A stretch of 124,000 nucleotides of DNA from Wallemia ichthyophaga EXF-994 (taxonomy: Eukaryota > Fungi > Basidiomycota), in contig NW_008806282.1 in the NCBI RefSeq assembly GCF_000400465.1, positions 20,001 to 144,000 on the forward strand, in the 5' to 3' direction. The first letter of the stretch is position 1. The number at the start of each line of letters is the position of its first letter. Made by a program: the position numbers and the translations under genes. Positions 14,146 through 28,981 of this stretch are shown here, piece by piece. The notes under the pieces were generated by a model that searched no databases, had not been told where the DNA came from, and saw only the letters and a list, made by a program, of their open reading frames with translations.

Positions 14146-14272
14146 GTCACCATCTCTCGATAACACTCAATATTATGAAATTATATCACTATTCACCTCT
14201 GACTAGTCACGCAAATTGTAATTGCAGGAGCATACTTATGAAGTTCATGAATGTCAAAGAAAATTATCAAAT

Positions 14273-15464
14273 TTATTCAGCCTTGACTTTAATGGCTGCT
14301 GTTGGAGAGAAGTTGTGTGGGCGAGCAGAGAAACCAATCTCGAGAGAACGGCCACCATAGATGTAACCGTTGAACTTTTCGATTGCCACACTAGCGGCGG
14401 CAGTTGAGTAGAATTCAACGAGACCAACACCACGACTACGTTGAGTGCGAACATCCATCAAGATCTCAGCCGTCTTGACGTCACCAGTAGTTTCAAACAA
14501 GTCGACTAAATCTTCGTTTGTTGTTGAGTATGGCAAGTTTTTGGTAACAATTTGAGGGTTTGGAGCGGCAGCAGCAGGTACAGGACCAGGACCAGCAGGT
14601 GCTCTTCTGGCAGCTTGATATGGAGTTCTTGCTGGTCTTGGTGAGTTTGCAAACTTGTCCTCACGGACTTCTATTGGTCTACCGTAGAATTCGTAGTTGT
14701 GGTACAACTCGATTGCGTTTTGTGCGTCTTCTCTTGAAGAGAAAGAAACGATACCGTTACCCTTTGACTTTCCATCAGGGAAGAATTGAACATCGGCTCT
14801 AACTACGTGACCAGCTTGTCTGAAGAGGTCTTTGAGGTCTTGCCAGCCAACTTGGAAAGGCAACTGGAAAGGTGTGAGGGGAGATTCAGGGGAGGAAAAG
14901 CCGGAGCTAAAGCCATAAGACTCACGTTACCGATGAACAATTGAGTACCTGGAGCTGCAACTTGGGCAGGACCAGCACCATAAGCACCACGGGTGAATTG
15001 CTGGGTACGTGAAGGGGTTGGGTTAGCACCGAATCTAGCCTCTTGTTCTCTGTCCTATAAGGTGTGAGGCTAACTGAGGTATATTCACGTGTGGCTTACC
15101 TCTCTAACGAAGACTGGTCTACCAAGAAGATCTCTGTCTGAGTAAGACTCGATTGCGATTTGAGCTGATTCTGGGGAAGTGAATTCAACGATACTGAGAA
15201 TTGTGAGCGAGGGTGAGAGCGGATAAAGACTCAAAACTCACCCGCAACCCTTTGAAAGACCATTTGGAGTGATCAGTACCTCAGCGTATGCTACTTCAAG
15301 GGATTCTATGGGGTTTGTGAGCACGCAGTCCATCCAACAGCCAGCACCAACGACTCACGTCCCTCTGCGTTGTCTTCAAAGAACGCCTTCAAGTCCTCGT
15401 CCTTGACATCGTAGCTGAGATTTCCAACGTAGACTCTGTTCTCCCTCTTTGAGAATTCTGCCAT
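14273..15464 (-). CDS. Three-RRM SR-like protein Gbp2/Hrb1
   Basis: RVYVGNLSY, KGCGIVEF, NLPFQVGWQDLKDLFRQAG, RSRGVGLVEF...FNGYIYGGRSLEI. Confidence 0.85.
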
Positions 15465-15646
15465 CACACCTAAAATTTCGAAGTTGTGGTCAGAGAGGAT
15501 AGCAGCGCGAATTATGATTTATAAAAAAATAAGTTTAGAAGGGATGTTTTAGTGGCGTGATTAGATGCTCTAGCGGGGCTGTAGATTCATATTCCATTTG
15601 GACCTGTTCCCCAGGCTTAACTCATCTCCCCAACCACCAACAACAA

Positions 15647-16821
15647 ATGTTGTACGCTGAGCGAGATGACTTTAAAGATTTAATTCCAATTCCCCAAGAT
15701 GAAGGCCCTTCTCCATTGGCTCCGATTAACTATTCCCAGAAGTGTAACCCTCGTGCGTTCCGTCGTTGTCATACCGCTCACGATTTCTTCAGATAGAGAT
15801 GCGATGGATATGTTTCGAGCGGTTGTCGACATCAACGAGAAGTCTGAGAGAGCCCTCGGCCTGACGGAAGATATCATTCGCATGAACGCTGGCCACTACA
15901 CAGTCTGGTCGGTACTCTTCTTTGTTATCTGTGCGAGACTGAACAACGTTTCATAGGCATTACAGGACAACTATCTTAGTAGAATTAGGCTTGGATCTTC
16001 AATCTGAGCTCAAGTTGATGGACGAGCTGTCTACAGAGTTCCTCAAATCATACCAAGTCTGGCACCACAGGAGGCTCTGTGTTGGTTTGCTCGCAACTAC
16101 CACCTCCCCATTCGCCGACAAAAACTGTCCAGCTGCAGTTACAATCTCATCCACCCCACAAACCTCCTCACCACCCCCACCCTTACCGTCTTCTATCGAT
16201 CTGGCTAGATATGAGCTACAATTTATTGCTAACCTATTTCACGCTACCGAAGATCCCAAAAATTATCATACATGGGTTTACAGGCAGTGGATATTGACGT
16301 ACTTTGATAAGCTATTTCAAGACCAAGATCGTCATCATGAATTGGAATTCATTGAGTCACTCATAAACGACGACATCTACAACAACTCAGTCTGGTCGCA
16401 TCGTTTCTTCTGTCTCTTCAAGCTGGGTTGGTTGCACACCTCACTAGAAGCTGAAATCGAGTGAGCAGACAGACATCAAAGCTTTTTTAATTACTCACCA
16501 AACAACTCCAGGTATGTTTTGATCAAGATCGGTATAGCGCCAAGCAACATGTCGAGCTGGAATTATCTCCGCGGCATTCTCAAGGTGAACAGAAAAGGGT
16601 TGAACCAACAACGTGTATTGCAATTCTCGGAAACGCTCGTCAAAGCGAAAAGCGCGTCGGACGACATGAATCCTCCATTACCTGCTTTAGAGTGGCTGGC
16701 AGATGCTGCACTGGAAGACAAAAACCCTATTGCCACAAAACACTACCTAACCTTGAAAGATTTGGACCCCATTCGCAGACACTACTGGACTTGGAAATCC
16801 CATCTAGCTTTGTCTGCCTAG
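15647..16821 (+). CDS. RAM2: Farnesyl/geranylgeranyltransferase-I alpha subunit
   Basis: IPQDEGPSPLAPINYS, MNAGHYTVW, KSYQVWHHRR, DPKNYHTWVYRQW, DIYNNSVWSHR, PSNMSSWNYLRG, DPIRRHYW. Confidence 0.92.
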
Positions 16822-17009
16822 ACTGACACATACCCTTTAAATGTATATTCATCTGTATATTCTTTAAATGGAGCTTGCGCATCATCCTAAAACGACAAAT
16901 TATCGAGACACAAACTTCAGACATACTATTACTGAAAACAATTCAAATTACATAGGATTTTAAAAAACCTAAAGAATAACGAAATATCTAATGATAAAAG
17001 CAAAGACAC

Positions 17010-19272
17010 CTATTTATTTTGACGACAATTTCCCAAAGTAAAGACATCTAACGTTATCCCTCGGGTCATCCTCTTCAAACTCGTCAATGATTCCAAGATT
17101 GGCGTGAAGATAATGTATATTGCCCCAACCATCAACCATGCTAGGCCGATACTTACCCAAGCCTTAAATCCCGCTCTTGGCAAGATGTAGCCTGTGCCAT
17201 AGAGTGCGAAAGTTACTGTGAATATCATAACTGTAACCCAGAGAAGCGAAGAAAACGCAGCCAGCTTTATCGATCGTGTCAAATATTCAATGTCAGCTGA
17301 ACTGAGATTCCCTTGACTAGTATTGTGTGAGTCTAGATCGCTAAGCTCAGGTGTGGCTTCCTCTACATCCTTGAAGGATTTCTCATCTGCTTGAAGAGTT
17401 TCGACGACAACTTCTTGTTCTGGGGGTGCAACATGTGCTTCTGACTCTTTCACTGCCTTCCTGCCAGTGTCTTTAGTCTTTTCAAAGTCATGATTATCAG
17501 GGGAAATCAGGGATCCAACGACTGAAATAATTATAGAAAGCCCGAATGATACTGTGTTCCCTGCAAGCATCGGGAAGTCCTCTATCGATAATTTTGTTAG
17601 CCGTCTTTAATCAAATTACGCAGCGACGTACGTCCGGTTGTTGTCTTATCGACAACGCCATTATTTAGCTTATATGCCGTGACTATCCATGCAATAATAC
17701 CGAGAGGAAGTGAGATGAGAGTTGCACCTATGCAAGCAACTTTATTGGCTTTACTCCACATAATGCAGCAAATCAAAGGAGCAACGGCAGGACATAGAAT
17801 AATGCCCATCAGCTCATACAGCCACCCCATTCCGATACCGATATAGTAAAATATAATTCCAAGCACGGCCTGGCAGATACCAAAACCAGCAACGCTAGCG
17901 TGTGAGACGAATAATGTCTGCTTATCAGTTGCGTTCGGCTTTACTCTATTGAAGACATCGTAAGTTACAAGTGTCGAGACTGCGACTAGCTCAGCGGAGG
18001 CTGCGGCAAAGAAGGTGAGATGAAGGCAGCTTTGTGAATATTTTCACTCACATGCCGCTGTGGATGCAAGGAAGAGCATGATTAATACTGCATTCGCACC
18101 CGAATTTCCCATCAATGCTGATGCAGCTGCTGATGCAGGTAGGCCAGCAGTCACTTCTGCCGATGACAAAGAAGAAATCGCATCCGAGTTCTTGAGTGCC
18201 GCGCCAGCTAAACCGAGACATGTTGCCAAAGCAAATGGAATGGGATACCAACACATACTGCCTATAACAAATGATTTCGTGATTGAACGCGGTTGTGATG
18301 CCACTGCTCTGTTGACATATGCTTGATCTAAGTACACTGTGCCGAAGTTACCGCATAGGTTGATGAAAAAAAACGTGATGCCTCCTAATGAGCGAAACGT
18401 CAGGTACGAACCATCCGCATTACCTTCGACAGGATGACGTGAAGCCTGATCGACCAGCATATCGTAAAGACGATCAAGCGAGCCAACTTCAGGAGCTGAT
18501 GTGTAGGTGTAGAAGCAAAAGCCTATAATGACGCCGTAGAGGACGATGGTGTGTAGGTAATCTGCAATAAGTGATGCCTTTAGACCCCCAATCATGATGT
18601 AGATAGAAACACTCAGTGGTGTAAGCCATACTGCCGCCATGACAGGAACATTTGTGAGACTATGGAGAGTATCGGAAATACCGACAATAAGCATCGCACT
18701 GACTATCAAATTGCAGGAAAGCGCGAAGCTGAGAAACACATAGTGGCCTATCTTGCCCCATCGTGCACCTGCTATTTCGACGAAACTATGCGCGTAAGGC
18801 CATCGTATTCTCATACTACTTGCCAAGACTGAGAAGACTAAAATTTGCAAGCAGGCACCTAAGCAAACTGTTTAAGTGGGTTCTTGCGTATATGCCAGCA
18901 TTTCTCACCAGTTGCGTAGCTGTAAGAGCCTAGCAATCCGTAGGAGTAAGTTTTAGAAGTTGACGTACTATGCTTTGTTTAATGACTGAGGACACTATTC
19001 GAATGGAAACTCACAGCAAAGTAGCACTCCAGCACCATGCAGAGACAACTCCGCTTGAGATTAAACCGGTAGGCACAGATCTACTGGCAGAGTTGAACTC
19101 TTCAGCCGTTTGGACCTTGTTCCCATAGCGCCTCTGTAATGCGTTTATAATAAGCATCAACGCACTAAATCCTGCAAGGCGTCAGGATAAGACGTAGATA
19201 TAAGTCATACTTACCAAAGCCTAGAATTAGCAAGACACAATAGCCATTGAGTTGTGGTAATGGCGGCTCCAT
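17010..19272 (-). CDS. DUR3: Urea active transporter (sodium:solute symporter family)
   Basis: EEFNSASRSVPTGLISSGVVSAWCWSATF, GGLKASLIADYLHT, NADGSYLTFRSLGG, GNFGTVYLDQAY; many TM helices. Confidence 0.88.
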
Positions 19273-19336
19273 GTTTGATCAGTTGGGAGTATATTCGCAA
19301 CAGTGTAAGATTGCACTAGCATTCTCGTCCCAAATC

Positions 19337-19634
19337 TTTATCGACATTATCGTATTATCTTATCACCATGAAGCCTTATCTCGGAAGGTGCGTAGCCGAA
19401 GATAAGTGTATAATTTCAGATTGGCTTTTGATTTAGATATGGATATTGCGTTTGAGACTTAATTTATTTTGCATATCTAATCTAATGTTTCAAACGAAAT
19501 TAAGCTGTGATTTAGAATGAGAAGGAATAGTGAGTAGTTTAGTGTCGAAATTGTAAAGAGAATAGGAAATAATGAAATACAGACGCTCAAATGTACCCAC
19601 ACATCTCGCATGTCTAACCTTTCAATTCGATAAG
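19337..19634. promoter_or_regulatory. Cluster of GATA (HGATAR) sites upstream of DUR3
   Basis: TTTATC, TTATC, TTATCTTATC, CTTATC and two GATAAG within ~300 bp. Confidence 0.55.
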
Positions 19635-19899
19635 AAAGCGATATATGAAATATAAAACGCAGACAAGTGATTTATGTTGATGTTAACACCCTGCTAGCAC
19701 CTGATTTTGTATTTCACCGGGAACGACAATAGCGTCGATGCATGCTTGTATTCTAGCATTCGGCTAGCATTCGGCCGTAATTAACGTCTACTGCTTGCTT
19801 AGTTCCTTATTCTCAGCTGCATAGACAGACTTCATTAAAATTTGGACACCTTCCTCCATCCAAGTATCTGGTTCTCGTTAACTTCGAGGTTTATTTAAG

Positions 19900-21405
19900 A
19901 TGAGTAGCCATAAGGAGAAGGGCAATCAGTTATTTAAAGGTAAGCTTTCTTAATTCCCAAAATATCGCTCACGATTCATAGATAAGGATTTTGTGAAGGC
20001 GATAGAGGAATGGTTGTTGGTAGAACCGCCAACCGAGCAGGTCTACAACAACATCGCTACAGCCAAGTTTAAGCTCGAGGAATTTGGGCTTGCCGAAGAA
20101 TTCAGCACAAAGGCTTTATCGCTCAACAGCAAGTTCGTCAAGGCTCTTTATCGCAGAGCTATGGCACACGTAGCCGTATTACACTTCAAGCCTGCTATTG
20201 CTGATCTCAAGGCTGTAATCGCCATTGAGCCTTCAAACAAGGTCGCCAGCCATCACCTAGCTGAGATTTCCAAGATCCATCGCAAAATACAATTCGAACA
20301 GGCCATCGCTACTGAAGACGAGAAGAAAGCCTCAGATACAATTAGAGAGATGATTGACAACGGCGGCTTGGAGATTCCTTCAGATTACGATGGCCCTACC
20401 CTCGACTCCTCCAATCTCATCGATTCACTCATTGAGCACTTCAAGAGTGGTAAAACGTTGCACAAGCGTGTTCTTTTTGAGTTGGTGCTCAAGACAATGG
20501 ATATATTCAGCCAAGAGGAGTCTCTGGTAGATGTCTCCATCCCAGAAGGCGTCAACATGAACGTTATCGGTGACACACACGGCCAGTTCTTCGATTTGAT
20601 TCATCTCCTCGGATTGACGGGCAAGCCATCTGAAACAAATTACTTGCTTTTCAACGGAGACTTTGTTGACAGGGGCAGCTGGTCTACAGAAGTCATCATT
20701 CTGCTCCTTGCGATGAAATACCTGAATCCAAAGTCCGTTTACTTGAACCGTGGAAACCATGAGACACGTCAAATGACACAGGTGTACGGATTTGAAGGAG
20801 AATGCAAACACAAGTACCCTACTGACCTCACTTACAAATCTTTTGCTCAACTCTTCACATATCTGCCGATTGCCCATCTTATCTCATCAACCAAGAAACC
20901 AGAGACAACGTTAAGTAAATCTGACATACTCACGAAGGATGGTTTCAAGAGATTCTTTGTCGTTCATGGTGGTTTATTTTCCAAGGACGATGTGACGCTT
21001 GAAGATATCCGCAAAATCAAACGCAATAGAGAACCAGGCCAGGAAGGTTTAATGTGCGAAGCGCTGTGGACAGACCCACAAGAGGCCGACGGACGGGGGC
21101 CATCTAAGCGAGGAGTGGGCGTAGGATTTGGTGGTGATGTAACAAAGCGTTGGTGTGAGTTGAACGAGGTTTGTGCTGTCATTCGCTCCCACGAGGTTAG
21201 ACAAGATGGATACTCATGTGAGCATGACGGCAGACTAGCGACAGTGTTCAGTGCACCAAACTACTGCGATACAAGTGGGAACAAGGGAGCGTGGATGAAA
21301 ATCGACGCATCTGGAGATATCAAGACTACACAATTTGCTGCAGTTGAGCATCCACCTATCAAGCCAATGGCTTACTCGAGCGGGATGGCCAGTATGATGG
21401 GATGA
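19900..21405 (+). CDS. PPT1: Ser/Thr protein phosphatase 5 (TPR + PPP)
   Basis: TPR KALYRRAMA; GDTHGQ, GDFVDRG, RGNHE, VHGGLF, FSAPNYCD, C-terminal HPPIKPMAY. Confidence 0.95.
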
Positions 21406-21677
21406 AGTTGGAGTAGGACAAAATACATTCTTGAGAAAGCTGCATGTTTAAAAATTAATAATTTGTGATTTATAAAAGATAGATAAAATGCATTTAACCG
21501 TAGCTTTACAGTGGGATTAGCATAACAAGACATCGGAATCAATCTGAAACGATTTGAAACAGTATGTCACTGTGTCACCGCCCTTAACATGAATCTTATG
21601 TACTCGTCTCCTATCATTCCTAAGCGTGCCAGTCTCTGTTCACGAGTAACTATCACTACCAAAACTCAAAGCACGAA

Positions 21678-24600
21678 ATGAGGGCGTACTTGGCGCCAAT
21701 AATATACCTTGCAATTATACCAATAATAAGAGCATTTCCGAAGATAGATTATGACTCCCTGGGAACTGCATCGATTTTTGGCTCATTTGCTGCAATCGAC
21801 GACATTTCAAACTCTTTCAAATCTGCACAAAGCTATGATAATAACTCTTACACCCTTTTGTCCCGGCCCAGCAATGCTTCCGAGTGGTCTTCTCTCGGCT
21901 CTACCAACGAGTACGCGCATATCAACTCAGCGTGTACGATCAATGACTTGACATTCGTCGGTGGTGATTTTGATTCAATAAATGGTCAGCAGTTCACAAA
22001 ATTCGCGGTTTACTCACCTCATAATGGCTGGAAACCTTTGGGTAGCGTGCAGGGCGTGATCAATGCACTTTACTGCGATGCTTCAAATTCACAAGTTTGG
22101 GTTGGTGGTGCATTCGACGCAGTGGATGATAATATGGGGGCGAATATAGTCGTTTGGAATGTACGCGAAGAGCATTGGCAACCCTCTGCTGTGTATGGTT
22201 TGAATGGCGCCGTGAATGCCTTTTCGGTCTCGGATGATCAACTGTTTATCACGGGTAATTTCACATCCACATTCAATCAACCAGATGTCAAGCAATATCC
22301 AGAAGCATTGGATAGAATAGTTAATGCACTCCAACCAGTACCTTTCGATGACGCTGACGTTACTGGTTCAAAGGGTTCAGATAACCCAGCATACGCCGAT
22401 ATCAAGAATCTCGCGTGTGTTGGCGGTAATTCTTTTGACACCCCTGATGGAACGAGTGGTGTCATGTACATAGAGTGGTTCGATTCACACAATGTGGCCG
22501 GATTCCGTATCGCGAATACAGTTGACGAGGGTCATGCATTGACTGGCTTTGTGTGAGTTATGCTGCATCTATAATTACCAATTCCTGACGAGAAATAAAG
22601 CATAACCACCATACCAGAAAAGCAAGTCATTCCATTAACTTACAATCCTGTTCACGCACCTGGAACGAACATGACTTGCGAAAATGAATGCCCGATAGCT
22701 CTCTCAGATGAGAGAGAATTCAACGACTATATCATACCTGGTGGCTCGCGCAGACTTGGCGGGTTCGCTATCAACATGATAGACTGGACCGGTGCTGGTC
22801 CAGGCTTGCGCTCGGTTGAAGTACTTGGGGCTGGCAGCGATGCCTACGCCATTAGTGAATTCAATGAGTTGCAAGAGGGCTGCTACTCTAATGGAAATTC
22901 CTCCAACGTTACAACTGTCGGTAATTGGAATTCTGTCAATCCATCTTCAGAATCGTCAAACAAGGTTCTTTCAGCGTCGATTCAAGACGTCGATCAAATT
23001 CCTTCTCTTACATTCAGACCGTACGTCGGCGAGCGTGGTCTCTACGAAATATACATATCAATTCCAGGTTGCGCTGGTCTCGATGATTGTGAAAGTAGAA
23101 GCGCCGTTGATGTCGGAATGCAGTTGACTGAAAGAGGTCATTATATCAATGACACAATCACTGAGATCGATAACAGTGACTTTTCCTGGCCGATCTTCAG
23201 GGGAATGGTCGACGGTTCATCAAACACCTTCGCGCCCAACATTACCATTAAACCAATAATGGCCGAAGAGGGCAAGACTATTGCTGTGCAGAAGGTATCA
23301 TTGCATCTGCTCGAGATCCTTCCAAATGAGATGGCGATCGGAGGTCTGGCGTACAACTTAACCTCAGGGAACACTTTGGATGCTAGTGCTGATCGCGAAA
23401 TTTCAGATCAGAACTATCTAGATAGAGCTCTGGTTTCTTTGTCAGACGCTATCGGTATTCAATTCAAAGAGGGTGAACAAGATCTTAACTATATCAAGGC
23501 AATCGCTAGCACAGATTCGAATATATTCATTGGAGGTAATTTCGTCGGTTTTAATGATACAATGAACAACATTACAAACATTGCCCATTTCAACGACAGG
23601 TTGCACTCTCTCCCGGGCGGCGGAGTCAACGGCAATGTCAACAAGTTAACCGTCGTAGATGATCAAGTGTATATTGCAGGTAACTTTACGCAAGCTGGCT
23701 CAACTCAATGTCAAAACATTGTTATGTACGACCATCGCCATAAGAGATTTGAGAAACTTGGTCAGGGTGTCGATGGTGAGGTTTATGATATGACCTACTC
23801 CCCAGACTCAAACAGGCTGTACCTAGCTGGCAATTTCACGAACGCTCTCATAGACGAGAGTGCCAGTGTAACAGTAGGAGGGCTAGTTTCATGGGATCTG
23901 AAAGACAAGTCATGGAGAAATGACAACGGCGTTGTGTTTTCAGAGCTGGTTAAAGGAGTTGCAGTTCATGACAAAGATTTACTGGTGTATGGTACAGTGG
24001 ACAGAGTAGCGAAATTTTCTGCCAATGGTGCAGCTAAAATATCCTCGAATGGGTTGAGTAGTGTAAGTGCTACCAATTCACTCGGAAGCACAAAAACATC
24101 GTCGAGCAAGTCGTCAAGAAAGCGAGCAGCTCCTCATTTGCCTTCAGCCTCATCTGTTGCGCCCGCAATTAATGCGGGTAGCTACTACGAGAATTCTACG
24201 AGTTTATACACAATCTTGGGCGGTAATTTCACTTTCAATGATGGTCATTCGGGTGCGGTTGCTTTAATTGACCAAGACAGCAATATGCATGCATTAGGTG
24301 ATGGTGGTGTTTCTGGTGATGTTCGTGCTATGATGGTTGTTGGTAATAAGTTATTCCTAGGTGGGCAGCTCAGAGCTGGCAACTCTACCGACGTGGCCAT
24401 ATATGACCTGAAGAAAGGTGCCTTCGTCGACGTTGGAAATGGCTTGGAAGGTACAACATCTAGTTTCGCTTACAATCAAATCTATAATAGTGCCATTGTT
24501 TCAGGTGACTTCAATGCTGTGTCTGGAAATCAAGACTGCTCGAATATCTGTCAATGGGATATAGGTGATGGTCATTGGAACAGCCTTGGAAAAGGCGTGA

Positions 24601-25836
24601 GAGGGTTTATTTCTGACGTAGACGTTGCTGGTGTGAGTGTTAAGTGTCGTGCATTGTAATTACGACTAACACAACTCCTAGGATGACGACCAATACGCCG
24701 TCGCAGTTGGCGAGTTTGCAATTGACAAGGAAGGCGACCTTATCTACATTGCAACATACGACTACGAGGACAAAAACTGGTCGAGATTGGGCGATGGTAA
24801 TTTACCTGGCATACCCACAACAGTCAAAACCGATGACAGGAATATTGACAACGTCTTTATTGCTGGCAGGCGCACAGACAGCAATCAGACGTACATCTAC
24901 AACTACGACGGTGATACTTTTAGTGATATCTCTAATGATATGTTTCAAGGGACTGGCAGAATACATGGGTTGGAATTCCTCCCAGTGCAGGAGGTGGATG
25001 AACAGGAGCAGAAGGAGCGTGAAGAAACGATAATGGAGAATGACAGAATATTATATGTGACTGGTGACATTGACTTGCGCGGCGTTGGTCGTGTGTCATC
25101 AGTGATGTATGATGGATTGAATTGGCATCCTCATCTCCAAACATTCGGCTCAGATGGTAGTGCAGGATCTCTAGCATCTATTATGTCCTCCTCTGACTTT
25201 TCATTTTCTTCAAGAGGTGAGTAGACAAGAGGTTAATTGGACTACTTACCTAACTAGAATACAGACTTGCTGGCACTCGGTATAATTATCCTCATTTCTA
25301 TTGCGTTGGGATTGGGTGTTGTCTTATTGATAGCACTGATTGCGATACTGATATCTTTGTGGGAACGTCGTGGAGAATCACGTCCAATTCTGTTGGAGAA
25401 TGACGAGAAAGATGAGCAGGTACGGCCATCGTCGTTGCTGGCGAATATAAACCAAGCTACTACCAACATAGCTCGAGGCTCGACGACGAACGCACAAACA
25501 CTTGCACCAACGCCAATTATTAAGCTCAACGATCAAGACACAGGGAAAGGAAAGACAGAAGAGGTGGGTGAGATGGATGACAGTTTCAATAGGTCATATT
25601 CCACGGGTGCATCGACGTCAGATAATCCGCCTCAAATATCTCCAGCCGATCTCAATAATGGTGTAGGGTATAGGTGTTATTCGAGGTATGACTTTGCTGG
25701 TGATCGCCAGGGTGAAATACCTTTGATTGTCGGTCAGCAAGTGCAGGTTCTCAATGATAGCGATCAGGACTGGTTCTTTGTTCGCGACCCTGCATCTACT
25801 CATGAAGGTGTCGTGCCCTCTTCGTATCTTTTCTAG
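21678..25836 (+). CDS. RAX2: Rax2-like polarity protein: signal peptide, kelch-like propeller repeats, TM helix, C-terminal SH3
   Basis: Repeated GGxF/GNFT propeller motifs; TM LGIIILISIALGLGVVLLIALIAIL; SH3 YDFAGDRQGEI...DWFFVR...EGVVPSSYL. Confidence 0.8.
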
Positions 25837-25891
25837 TTATGGTAGTTATTAGCAGTTGAATTATTTATTATTCCTTATTGTACATAGCAAT

Positions 25892-28325
25892 TTAATTAAT
25901 CTCGAATATCTGTTGGTGTTATATTAAAGGGTGTATGAGAGAAGCAAATGAATGACTCACGTTATCCGAGTCAGACCATGTGTCTTGGTTTTCGGACACC
26001 TTGACTCGCTTCTCAAAATAAATGGGCTCTCCGGTAGTCTCACTCGTGATTGGAATCCAGTCATCACCAATGTTCTTAAACCACTTGACTCTGGAATGAG
26101 CGTAAGATTTGTCACGACTGCGACGATCTCTTTGTGCTTGCTCGAGGTAATTCTTATACTCTTCAGCTATATCAGCATTGCCTTGCTCCAAAGCTCGCTG
26201 ATCAGGTCTGCGTCGAGAATCTGTAGGCGGGAGAATATTCTCGTTTACCATTTCATTCAATCCAACAGCATATCTGGAGAAACCGTAGTAATCTTGACAG
26301 TCGGGAGGGAATTGGTTGATAGATTCCCACAGCTGCTGGAATCTGTCCGTTGAGTGTCCGTGGTCGTCGACTAGCTGACGAACAAAATTTTGCGACCATC
26401 TGCCATTCAGTCTGCACAGACGGGTGTGACTGCTATCTTCTATGGAACCCTCCACATAGCCTCGTGACGATTCACCGCCAAAGAAACTACCCTCTTTGAA
26501 CGCAATGGTGGATGATTCGCCCGTGGTCTCGTTCTTTATATCTAAATCACCCGTGTGTTCGAGATATGGGGAGGACATGACTAGGTTGCGAATAAATGAG
26601 CTGGGCTTGCGCCTGGAGGAGGAGTGTGTGTTAGTGTGTGTTGGTGGAGTAATAAAAGCGCCACCCACCATGTGTAAATATCGCCGGTAGATTTGATGGT
26701 CAATTTGGCATTACCAATGGGGATAATTTCCATACTCTTGCCCCAGAACCTGAAATGTGTTAACTTAATCACACTGTTACAACGAAATAAACTCACTTCT
26801 GTTTGACACCCGACGTTGCCACGTACGTCCAATCTTCACCCTGTGCATAAGCAGCCACTAAAGGCGGATGATGGGTAACCTTCTCACTGAAGAAAGCAAA
26901 TTGGGGGGTGATGAGCTCGTATGTCTCACCAAGGAGAGGATTGAAAGGTTTCCTAGTCGATCTGTATTGCGTGCACGAGTAGCTCGAGACGCAGAAAGCG
27001 GCAATACAGGCCATACGCTCGACACTACTCTTGGCTTTGATGGCCTTGTCGATGAGTTCTACGTACTCAAAATCCTCAGCTACCTTCTGCAGTAGGGAGA
27101 GGGGCTCGTTAAAGCTCACTGGGAAGGAGATGGTGGTGAGGTCTTTGCCAACGTTTTTCTTCAAGACACCAAGCAGACCAATTTCCTGTGATTATCGTGC
27201 GATTGTGAGTTGGTGTCATGTCTTCAAATTTAAGACAACTCACATCACCAGAGATCGGAGCAGGTAGTTGCTGCCGCCGTGAGAGCTGCATGGGGCCATA
27301 TTTGGAGGTGACTTCACCCGACACTTCTTCTTTATGGTACGTGCCCTCTTTATCCACCTCATCGTCGTCATCTTGAACATCAACGTTGTCATTATCGTTG
27401 TCATTATCGTTGTCATTATCGTTGTCATTATCATTGCCGTCATCATCGTCATCGCCGTCGTCGCACTCGTATGCCTCACCAAAGGTGTCGTGGGCGTCAT
27501 AGAACTCAAAGTCATTGATAGAGGAAGTGCGTGAAGGGGCGTAGCGCGAGGGTGCGGGAGGGTTGTTGGAAGACTTTCGATTGTTACTGTCGTAATGCAT
27601 CGAATATATCTCCTGCTGTAGTCTTCTTAATTCGGCAGTAGAATCGAGCATCCGTTCAAAGAAAGCATCGTAAGCTCTGGGGCTGTATGGGGAGTGTGTA
27701 GAGTCGGAAAAATCTTCATTTGATGAATTGAGCTTAGGTGATTTGTGGAATATGTTTAGTAGACCACCTTGAGTGTGTGTGTGTGTGGTTTCGCGTGAAC
27801 TTGATTGGTTATGACAATTCTTTAAATTCTCTAGGTCAAATTCGAGGAGGTCGATAAGTTTAAGGGATTTGTTCATGTTATCAGTTGGGGTACTAGTATT
27901 CTCAGCCACAGTTTGGAGTGCAGGATTAGTTGTATCGAGGAATAAACCCAATGTCTTCATCCAGGTTAAGTACTCCTCACCTGAATTGAATTTTATATGC
28001 CAAGTCGATGTACCGCCGTCAATGGTCACAGTGCGTCGATTGCTGTGAGATAACCAGACGCTGGAACGGAGGTTAACGTGATCTCTAACTGTGTCTGTAT
28101 TTGTGACTGCGTAGTTGAGAATCCCAGAGGACTACAAAATGATCAACGCGTATCCATTAATACTGTCATTTGGCTTACGTAGAGTCTGAAATAACGCCTA
28201 GCGAATCCCTGCATTTTCTTCTGTTTCTTCTTGAGTAAATATCCCTCGATCATTACTCTACCTGTGTTATTATCGTGTATCGACATCCTCTGATGAGAAG
28301 GACGTGAAGGTCGTGATATTGACAT
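25892..28325 (-). CDS. OSH3: Oxysterol-binding protein, PH + ORD (Osh3-like)
   Basis: PH EGYLLKKKQKKMQGFARRYF; FFAT-like EFYDA; PVSFNEPLSLLQK, KPFNPLLGETYE, EKVTHHPP, PTDSRRRPDQRALE. Confidence 0.88.
27385..27432. repeat. 12-bp tandem repeat x4 encoding (DN)n in OSH3
   Basis: (GTTGTCATTATC)4. Confidence 0.95.
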
Positions 28326-28392
28326 TATGGACGTGTCGAATAAAGGAGAAAATCGGTAAAAATAAATTAAATTCTGAAATACAAACTACATT

Positions 28393-28981
28393 CTAAGTCT
28401 CTGAGCTGCATCCACGGCATCCTGTGGTGTTGTTAGCTATAACCATCTCCACGGCTTTTACACACCACAATGCACACACTCAAAAGTCTGTCCATCCTTG
28501 AGGTGAGCCTTTGGTACTCTACAGATACACGTAGATCCTTCATAGTTCATGTCTCTGCTCTGTATACACCGCGTACAGCACAGCTTCTCGTATCCCTGTT
28601 TCTTCCATTTGGCTATCAAATTGGCGTCTGCATAGCCCTGCTTCACCAGCCAATCGTAAAGTTCCTTGGATATTTGCTTACGTTTGTAGTACAAGTCGAA
28701 TATATCTGTGGGATGTTAATTGGTGCCACTCTTACTACTAAATACCCCACATCTTGATCTCGTATGCGATATTCTCATTACAGGCCACAGTGTCTCGTTC
28801 TTACGCTTCCCATCCACTGTTTCTGCCTCCACGTCGCGCATCTTACGAGTATAATCTGGAGTGAGAGGCGCATGAGATGTGTTTATATCGCAAGACACTC
28901 TGCCGCACCCTCTAATATCTGCTCAATAGCTTCAAATCCTTCTGGTGGCTGCTTTGTGCGCTGTGTCCTTATCTTTGGCAT
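28393..28981 (-). CDS. BUD31: Bud31/G10 splicing factor
   Basis: [63 protein letters not shown]. Confidence 0.95.
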
